Part shown: one piece after another, positions 1-7,300 of the stretch
Layout: every line of letters begins with the position of its first letter
How positions within the stretch are numbered: position 1 is the first letter of the stretch
From: an uncultured bacterium
GTDB lineage: Bacteria; Margulisbacteria; WOR-1; CAVSGV01
Direction: 5' to 3'
Length of the DNA stretch: 32,000 bases
Assembly (NCBI GenBank): GCA_963699255.1
Contig: OY969425.1
Span: forward strand, 570,001-602,000
Translations under genes and position numbers: made by a program
Notes under the pieces: model-generated
The model's database searches: none
What the model was told of the DNA's origin: nothing
Seen by the model: only the letters and a program-made list of their open reading frames with translations

Positions 1-43
1 AATACAGGGTCACGCTATTTGAAGTAAAGGTGCAGTTTGAGAA
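1..43 (-). CDS. Giant surface protein, fragment 5 (partial; continues past the left window edge)
   Basis: The reverse complement of 2..40 reads SNCTFTSNSVTLY with no stop, which is the canonical coil motif in the third frame. Confidence 0.5.
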
Positions 44-596
44 TCTCTATTGTGGAGGACTCACTATAGATCCCGCCGCCGCCGTATACCGCGCTATTTG
101 ATTCAAAAGAGCAGTTCAAGACGACCGGAGAGGAGGAGTAGTAGCTGGCTAAACCGCCGGCGTTGTGACCTGCCCTATTTGAAATAAAATCACAGTTTTT
201 GATGGTTGGAGAGGAATTGTCCAAACCAAGCCCGCCGCCATCTCCGCCGGAGACATAACCATTTTGTATGGTGAAGTTCTCAACGGTGGTGGCAGAACCA
301 AGCCCCTCTCCGTGCATGCACTGGACGCTGCCTTCTCCGGATATTCTGGTAAGCGAGGGATCGTTGATCTGCGCCCAACTATCGTCGTAGCCTCCCATTA
401 AATGGACGCCGCTTGAGAGAAAAATTGTGCCCGGAACAGTCAGAGAATATGTCCCCATCTTCACATGTATCTCATCGCCGTAGCGCATGTTCCCATTGCT
501 CTCGGCTGAGTTAATGGTATTAAAGGCGTCATTCGTAGAGCGGCCGGTATGAGTAAAGTCATTTCCATTGATGCTGTCAACGTACCAGATCGTTGG
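1..596 (-). other. Beta-helix module M13 (at least 3 coils; truncated by the window edge; contains the fourth frameshift)
   Basis: N-cap WYVDSINGNDFTHTGRSTNDAFNTINSAE..GDEIHVKMG; coils KNCDFISN, LNCSFESN, then (frame change) ISNCTFTSN. Confidence 0.7.
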
Positions 597-1088
597 AACA
601 GGTATGATGCTGAACTTGCCGCTTTCACCGTACCCGCTGTTGCCGGAGGTATCTACCGCGGTGATCTTTATCTTTGCCTCCGTGGTGGCGATATTAGGAA
701 CCGTCCAGGCATAGCTTCCACTGTTAGCTATACCCGTGACGATCGCAGTATAGGATGATCCCCCGTCTATTGAGTAAGAGATGCTGATGGGGTTTGTAAT
801 AAGCCCCTGATCATCGGAAGCTTCCCAGGTAATATCGTAGCTGTACCCCCCGGTCCAGACATCCCCGCCTGCGGGAGAAAAGACCTCAACGGTGGGAGGC
901 GTGATATCGGTCAGGACCGATTCAGAGCTGGTGTAACCATAATAATGGTATCCCATGTTCACTATCCCATCGTCGCCGTGGAACCTGTCCAGGTTGGTCC
1001 CGTAACCTTGCTGCCATCCAAGACCAAGTATCTGACGCCTCGCCGGTCCCGGTATTAACGCAGGGCGAGTTATTGGGAAGGTGCACAT
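15..1088 (-). CDS. Giant surface protein, fragment 4 (end of M12 C-cap, Ig-like spacer, start of M13)
   Basis: The first 19 aa are out-of-frame overlap. Homologous reading starts at LGLGWQQGYGTNLDRFHGDDGIVNMGYHYYGY (about 1028). It ends ..SESSTIEILKLHLYFK*, where a 1-nt shift gives ..STIE-ISNCTFTSNSV. Confidence 0.75.
   Translation of the reverse strand: MCTFPITRPALIPGPARRQILGLGWQQGYGTNLDRFHGDDGIVNMGYHYYGYTSSESVLTDITPPTVEVFSPAGGDVWTGGYSYDITWEASDDQGLITNPISISYSIDGGSSYTAIVTGIANSGSYAWTVPNIATTEAKIKITAVDTSGNSGYGESGKFSIIPVPTIWYVDSINGNDFTHTGRSTNDAFNTINSAESNGNMRYGDEIHVKMGTYSLTVPGTIFLSSGVHLMGGYDDSWAQINDPSLTRISGEGSVQCMHGEGLGSATTVENFTIQNGYVSGGDGGGLGLDNSSPTIKNCDFISNRAGHNAGGLASYYSSSPVVLNCSFESNSAVYGGGGIYSESSTIEILKLHLYFK
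597..932 (-). other. TWEASD Ig-like spacer 10
   Basis: DITPPTVEVFSPAGGDVWTGGYSYDITWEASDDQGLITNPISISYSIDGG..SYAWTVPNIATTEAKIKITAVDTSGNSGYGESGKFSI. Confidence 0.6.
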
Positions 1089-3999
1089 CGCCGGCAGACG
1101 GATTTACTAATTTTGGATCCGCAGTGATATTGCCGGTCATTCCGATGTAGCCGTCAGGAATGCAGGTGTAAGTTACATTTGATGAACCTCCGTTGTCGTA
1201 GATGTTCCCTCCGGTATTTCCATAAACGATCGAATTCAAAATTATCGGAGAGGATGATTCGTTATATATACCACCGCCGCTGCCTGCAATGTTTGAAGTA
1301 AAAGTGCAACCTTCAATGGTCGGAGTGCCATTGTAATCATATATCGCTCCGCCGTTGCTGCCGCCTGCGTTATTTGAAATAAAGGCGCAATTAAAGATAA
1401 ACGGTGAAGGCAAACCATAATTATCATTGTATATAGCGCCGCCGCCGTTCGTGCTTGCGCTATTTGAAATAAAGGCACAGTTTTTGATGATCGGGGTGGC
1501 ACCACTGATCCAGATAGCGCCGCCGACATTGAGCGCCCTATTTGCAATGAAATTGCAATTTGATATGGTTGGCGAAGAGTTATTGTAAAGTATAAGACCA
1601 CCGCCACCGGGGAGAAGGTGTCCATTGTAATATCCATCTCGTATGGTGAAACTTTCAATTGTGGTAGCAGAACCAAGCGAGTTCCCGATCATGCACCGGA
1701 CCTGGCCCTCTCCGGATATTATGGTAAGCGCGGGATCGTTAACTTGATTCCAGCCGTCATCATAGCCGCCCCTCAAATATATGCCGTCATAGAGAGTGAT
1801 GGTTTGTGGTCCGGTCCCCGGTCCACTGTCACTGCTGTACAGATAATATGTCCCCTGCCTCACATGTATCTCATCGCCGTAGCTCATGCCCACATTGTTC
1901 TCGGCCGCGTTGATGGTCTTGAACGGATGCTCCGCAGAACCGTCCGCGCCAGCCTCGGGAGAGGCAGCGTCTACATACCAATAGGCTGAAGCACGGGAAA
2001 TGCTGAATACTCCTGCGCTTTCACCATACCCGCTGTTGCCGGAGGTGTCTATTGCGGTTATCTTTATCCTTGCCTCCGTTGTTGAAATATTGGGAACCGT
2101 CCAGGTATACCTGCCGGTGTTAGCCGCATCTGCGGTGATCAGGTATGAATAGTTAGCTCCCCCGTCTATTGAGTAAGAGATGCTAATTGGATAATCAATA
2201 AGCCCCTCATTATCGGATGCTTCCCAGGTAATATCGTAGCTGGACCCGCCGATCAGGGCCTCTCCGCCTTCGGGAGAAATAACATCAACGGTGGGAGCCG
2301 TGAAGTCCGTGATGGCATCTTCGGAGCCCGTGTATCCGTAATAATGGTAGCCCATGTTCACCTGACCGGAATCGCCGTAAGCAAGCAAAGGATTGGTCCC
2401 GTAATGCTCGTTGTAGCTGAGGCCGTAATCTTCCGCCTGCCCTTCGCCGCTGTTAACGCAGGGCGAGTTGCTGGCAAGATGCACACCATTCACAAACAGC
2501 GGATCAGCGGTGATATTACCGGTCAATCCGATGTAACCGTCCGGAATGCAGGAGTATGTCACATTTGAAGAAGATGAGTTGTCATCGTGGATGTTCGCCG
2601 CGGAATTTCCGTAAATGATCGAGTTAATGATATTTAGAATGGAAGATGAGTCGTTATATATCCCGCCGCCGTCGCTCGCGCTATTTAAAGTTAAAGTGCA
2701 GTTTCCGATAGTTGATGTGGAGGAATCGGTGTTATATATCCCGCCGCCGGTGCCGCCACCCGTGCGATTTAAAGTAAAGACGCTGTTTGAAATGGTCGGG
2801 AATGAGTTGTCGTTGTATATCCCGCCGCCACCGTAACTACTATTACTCGCGCTATTTGAATTAAAGGTGCAGTTTGAGATGGTCGGATAGCAGGTGGAAA
2901 TGTTATATATTCCGCCGCCGGCTTCCGCGCTATTTGAAATAAAATCACAGCTTGATATGGTTGGATCGGACTGATTCTCATCATATATCCCACCGCCTTC
3001 GCCCGCGCTATTTAGCTCAAAGGTACAGCTTGAAATGGTTGGAGAAGAAACGGAATTTGCGATACCTCCGCCGCTATTTAAAGTAAAGGCGCAGCCCAGA
3101 ATGTTTGAGCCGGAGGGGAAGTAGCTATATATTCCGCCGCCGAAAGTTGCGCCATTTGATGTAAAGAAACAGTTTGAGATGGTGGATGTAGAAGAAGAAT
3201 AGCTATATATCCCGCCGCCGTAAGTATCTGCCCAATTTGAAGTAAAGGCACAGCTTGAGATGAGGGATATAGAGGCTGTGTCGTTAAATATCCCGCCGCC
3301 GCCGTAACTACAACTATTCGCGTTATTTAAATTAAAGACGCAGCTTTCGATGCTTGAGTAGGAGGAATTGCCGCAATATATACCGCCGCCGCCGTAACTG
3401 CCATAATTCGCGCTATTTGACTCAAAGGTGCAGTATGAAATAGTTAAGGTAGAGGAAGAGTTGTTATATATACCGCCGCCGTCGCCAGTCTCAGCAGTAT
3501 TTGATGTAAAGGTACAGCTGTCGATGGTCGCGGTGGAAGAGGATTCATTATATATCCCGCCGCCGGCAGCCGCGTTATTTGATGTGAAAGAGCAGGTTTC
3601 GATGTTTGCGGCCAGTCCGTTATATATACCGCCGCCTTCGCCGCCGTAATTATCATTCGAGCTGTTTTGATCAAAGCTGCAGTTTGAAATGGTCAGGACG
3701 GAAGAAGCGTCGTTATATATGCCGCCGCCATAATAATCCGCGCTATTAGATGCAAAGCCGCAGTTCGAGATATTCGCCATAGAGTTGTAGTAAACATTAA
3801 TACCGCCGCCGTAACAGTAATACGCGATATTTGAATTGAAGTTACAGTTTGAGATTCTCCGGCGCGGAGTAATCATAGATAAAGATACCGCCGCCGCCGG
3901 CGTAATCCGACCTGTTCGAATTAAAATCGCAGTGTGAGATGGTTGGAGAAGCCGCGTCGAGATAAAGTCCTCCGCCATAGTTGCCGTAAGCATAACCAT
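922..3999 (-). CDS. Giant surface protein, fragment 3 (rest of M11, Ig-like spacer, most of M12)
   Basis: The first 48 aa of the ORF-track translation (MVMLTATMAEDF..TPRRR) are out-of-frame overlap with fragment 2. Homologous reading starts at ISNCNFNSNIAYY (about 3855). After ..VNTGTGEASD (about 1030) the sequence becomes non-homologous (TWSWMAARLRDQ..). Confidence 0.75.
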   Translation of the reverse strand: MVMLTATMAEDFISTRLLQPSHTAILIRTGRITPAAAVSLSMITPRRRISNCNFNSNIAYYCYGGGINVYYNSMANISNCGFASNSADYYGGGIYNDASSVLTISNCSFDQNSSNDNYGGEGGGIYNGLAANIETCSFTSNNAAAGGGIYNESSSTATIDSCTFTSNTAETGDGGGIYNNSSSTLTISYCTFESNSANYGSYGGGGIYCGNSSYSSIESCVFNLNNANSCSYGGGGIFNDTASISLISSCAFTSNWADTYGGGIYSYSSSTSTISNCFFTSNGATFGGGIYSYFPSGSNILGCAFTLNSGGGIANSVSSPTISSCTFELNSAGEGGGIYDENQSDPTISSCDFISNSAEAGGGIYNISTCYPTISNCTFNSNSASNSSYGGGGIYNDNSFPTISNSVFTLNRTGGGTGGGIYNTDSSTSTIGNCTLTLNSASDGGGIYNDSSSILNIINSIIYGNSAANIHDDNSSSSNVTYSCIPDGYIGLTGNITADPLFVNGVHLASNSPCVNSGEGQAEDYGLSYNEHYGTNPLLAYGDSGQVNMGYHYYGYTGSEDAITDFTAPTVDVISPEGGEALIGGSSYDITWEASDNEGLIDYPISISYSIDGGANYSYLITADAANTGRYTWTVPNISTTEARIKITAIDTSGNSGYGESAGVFSISRASAYWYVDAASPEAGADGSAEHPFKTINAAENNVGMSYGDEIHVRQGTYYLYSSDSGPGTGPQTITLYDGIYLRGGYDDGWNQVNDPALTIISGEGQVRCMIGNSLGSATTIESFTIRDGYYNGHLLPGGGGLILYNNSSPTISNCNFIANRALNVGGAIWISGATPIIKNCAFISNSASTNGGGAIYNDNYGLPSPFIFNCAFISNNAGGSNGGAIYDYNGTPTIEGCTFTSNIAGSGGGIYNESSSPIILNSIVYGNTGGNIYDNGGSSNVTYTCIPDGYIGMTGNITADPKLVNPSAGDVHLPNNSPCVNTGTGEASDTWSWMAARLRDQPGQVPRRRWDSEHGIPLLWLHQL
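933..1990 (-). other. Beta-helix module M12 (5 coils; the C-cap contains the fragment 3/4 frameshift)
   Basis: N-cap WYVDAASPEAGADGSAEHPFKTINAAE..GDEIHVRQG; 5 coils; C-cap ADPKLVNPSAGDVHLPNNSPCVNTGTGEASD | LGLGWQQGYGTN..VNMGYHYYGY. Confidence 0.75.
1991..2331 (-). other. TWEASD Ig-like spacer 9
   Basis: DFTAPTVDVISPEGGEALIGGSSYDITWEASDNEGLIDYPISISYSIDGG..RYTWTVPNISTTEARIKITAIDTSGNSGYGESAGVFSI. Confidence 0.6.
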
Positions 4000-4351
4000 C
4001 CTCTATGGTGAAGTTATCAATAATGGCGGCAGAGGTAAGCCCGGATCCATACATGCACGGGACATTCCCTTCTCCGGATATTATGGTTATTGTAGGATCA
4101 TTAACCTGATTCCAGCCGTCATCATAGCCGCCCTTCAAAGATATACCATCCGTGAGATAAATCATTTGAGGTCCCGTCCCCGGTCCGCCGTCGCCGCTGT
4201 ACAGATTATATGTCCCCTTCTTCACATGTATCTCATCGCCATAGATCATGTTCATATTGCTTTCGGCCGCATTGATCGTTTTGAACGGATGCTCCGCGGA
4301 ACCGTCCGCGCCAGCCTCGGGAGAGGCCCAATCTACATGCCAGATGCCCAT
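2332..4351 (-). other. Beta-helix module M11 (17 coils, the longest; contains the fragment 2/3 frameshift)
   Basis: N-cap WHVDWASPEAGADGSAEHPFKTINAAE..GDEIHVKKG; 17 coils; frame break after coil 2 at about 3855; C-cap ..ADPLFVNGVHLASNSPCVNSG..VNMGYHYYGY. Confidence 0.8.
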
Positions 4352-7300
4352 AACACGGGAAATGCTGAATACGCCCGCGCTTTCACCGTCCCCGCTGTTG
4401 CCGGAGTTATCCAGCGCGGTCACCTTTATCATTGCCTCCGTCGTGGAGATATTGGGCACTGTCCAGGTATATCTTCCACTGTTGTCTATACCGGTTGCGA
4501 TCGAATATGGATAGCTGGCTCCCCCGTCTAATGAGTAAGAGATGCTTATGGGATTTACAGTAAGTCCGCTGCCGCCGATATTATCTGCCGCTTCCCAGGT
4601 AATATCGTAGCTGAAACCCCCGGTAAGGACTTCCCCGCCTTCAGGAGAAATGACCACTACGGTGGGAGCCGTAATGTCGGTTATGGCATCTTCGGAGCCC
4701 GTGTAGCCGTAATAATGGTAGCCCATGTTCAACTGACCGGAATCGCCGTAAGCAAGATTAGGATTCGTCCCGTAATGATGGAGGTAGTCAAGTCCCAGGC
4801 TTGCCGCGGTGGCAGAGCCGGCATTGACGCAGGGCGAGTTGCTGGCGATATGCACATCGCCGGCCGATGGAGCTATTAACTTTGGATCCGCGGTGATATT
4901 GCCGGTCATGCCAACATATCCGTCCGGAACACAGGAATACGTCACGGTAGACGACCCGCCGCTATCCAGGATATTTCCCCCTATATTCCCGGAAATGATC
5001 GAGTTGATGATCGTCGGATAAGATGATGAAGTATATATTCCGCCGCCGCCGCCGTAACCGCTGTTCGCGCTGTTTAAAGTAAAAGTGCTGTTAGCTATTG
5101 TCGGGTATGAGTTGTAAGTGCTGATATACATACCGCCGCCGGTTGCAGCGTTCGCTAGGTTTGAAGTAAAAGCACAGTTGAATATTGTCGCCGTAGAGTA
5201 AACATCATCATACATCCCGCCGCCAAAATAGCCATTCGCTTCATTTGATGTAAACGTGCAGTTCGAGAGGTTTAAGAAGTCATAGTAGCTATATAACCCG
5301 CCGCCGCCGAAAGCGCTATTTGAAGTAAAGGCGCAGCTCTCCAGGGTTAAGGTGGAGAAGTAGCCGTCATATAACCCGCCGCCGTCGCCGCTGCTTGATT
5401 CAGCTCCATTTGAAACAAAAGCACAGCCGGAGATGGATGAGAACGTATAATAACCCTCATAGATGCCACCGCCGGCTTCAGCGGTGTTTAAAGTGAACGA
5501 ACAGCCGGAAATGATCGAATTGGTATTTTCATCGTTATATATGCCGCCGCCGTAATCGCCGTTATTCGCGCTGTTCGAAATGAATAAACAGTTCGTGATC
5601 TCCTGGGTTGAAACGTCGTTATATATACCGCCGCCGCCGTTATACGCGCTGTTCGATTCAAAGGTGCAGTTTGAAAGGGTCAGATAGGCCGTTTCATCAT
5701 ATATGCCGCCTCCGTAACCGCTATTTACACTGTTTGAAATGAAGCTGCAGTTCAAGAAAGTCGGCGAGGAGCCGTTATCGGAATAATTATATACCGCGCC
5801 ACCGCCGTAGTCCGAGTTGTTCGAATCAAAGATACAGTTCGAAATCGCCGGCGAGGAATCATCCAGATATATGCCGCCGCCGTAGTCTCCGGCGGAATAT
5901 CCGTTCTTTATCGTGAAATCATCAATGACAGCGGCAAAGCTGAGCAGGTATCCGGACATGCACTCCACGTTGCCTTCTCCGGATATTATCGTAGATGAAG
6001 GACCCAGGGTCTGTTCCCAGCCGTCGTCATAGCCGCCCTTCAATTGGATGCCGTCATAGAGAATGATGGTAAGCGGCCCGTTGCCATCCTGGTACAGGTT
6101 ATAAGTCCCATGCTTAACATGTATCTCATCATCAAAGCTCGCGGCCGCCTCAGCTGAATTGATATCCATAAATGGAGATTCCGGCGTCATTCCGCTGTTC
6201 CCCTCGGGAGAGGCGGCGTCCACATACCAGATATGCGTGCTTGAATCCGTCTTCTGCCAGAACCCGGAATAATGGTAGCCCATGTCCACCTTTCCGGAAT
6301 CGCCGTTCTGCCCATTCGGGTTGGTCCCGTAACCCTGCTGCCATGCCAGCCTATGGCTGAAGGCCGAGCCCAGCCCGGCATCTACGCAATCCGAGGTCGG
6401 GAGCAGATATAAGTCTCCATACGGCCCGGTCGCGAACAGTGGATCCGTACTGATATTGTCCGCGCCGCTGCCCGACCACCCGTCCTGGACGCAGGAATTA
6501 TTTACGGTCGAAGAGCCTCCGTTATCGAAGATGCTTCCGCCGGTATTCCCGTATATGATCGAATTGAAAATTGTCGGAGAGGTTGTGTCATTATATATTC
6601 CGCCGCCTTTGTTGTCAGGCGCGCTATTTAAAGTAAAGGTGCAGTTTTCGATCGTCGTGGTGGAGTTTATGTTAAATATCCCGCCGCCGCTGCTGCTTGC
6701 GCTATTTAAAGCAAAGGCGCAGTTTGAAATGGTTGAGAAGGAATAGTAGCCGTTATATATCCCGCCTCCATGGAGAGGTGTGCTATTTAAAGTAAAGAAG
6801 CAGTTTGAAATGGTTGAGAAGCCGTAGTCGCTATATATTCCGCCGCCGCCGCCACTTGCTTCGTTTGAAGTAAAAGTGCAGTCTTCGATAATTGCCATGG
6901 AGGTGTAATCATAAAAGTTGTTACATATACAGCCGCCGCGGCCAGAGTATTTATTTAAAGTGAAATCGCAGTTTGAAATGGTTGAAATGAAATAGCTCCC
7001 ACCGAGATTAATTATACATCCGCCGTTATTTGACTCAAATGTGCAGTGAGAGATCGTTGAGAAAGCTGAATAGTTAACTATGCCGGCGCCGACTTCTACG
7101 GTATTTGAAGCAAACATGCATCTGGAGATCGTTGGGTTGGAAGAATCGTCGTTATATATACAGCCGCCATCACCATACAAGCTGTTATTTAAAGTGAACG
7201 TGCTGTCTGTGATCTCCAGTGTTGCGGTGGGGGCAGTATATATCCCGCCGCCGCTCAAATATGCGCTATTTGATTTAAAGGTACAGTTTGAGACAGTTAA

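Noticed and set aside
15-3862. AGATCT (BglII-type palindrome) at three of the four frameshift sites as a sign of engineering or restriction-modification-driven editing.
   Set aside because: AGATCT is very common in this locus (for example in every ..acatagatcttattgg.. YVTN unit, and at about 14369 and 28277). GAGATCTC is simply the usual coding for E-I-S at coil boundaries, so co-occurrence is expected by chance.
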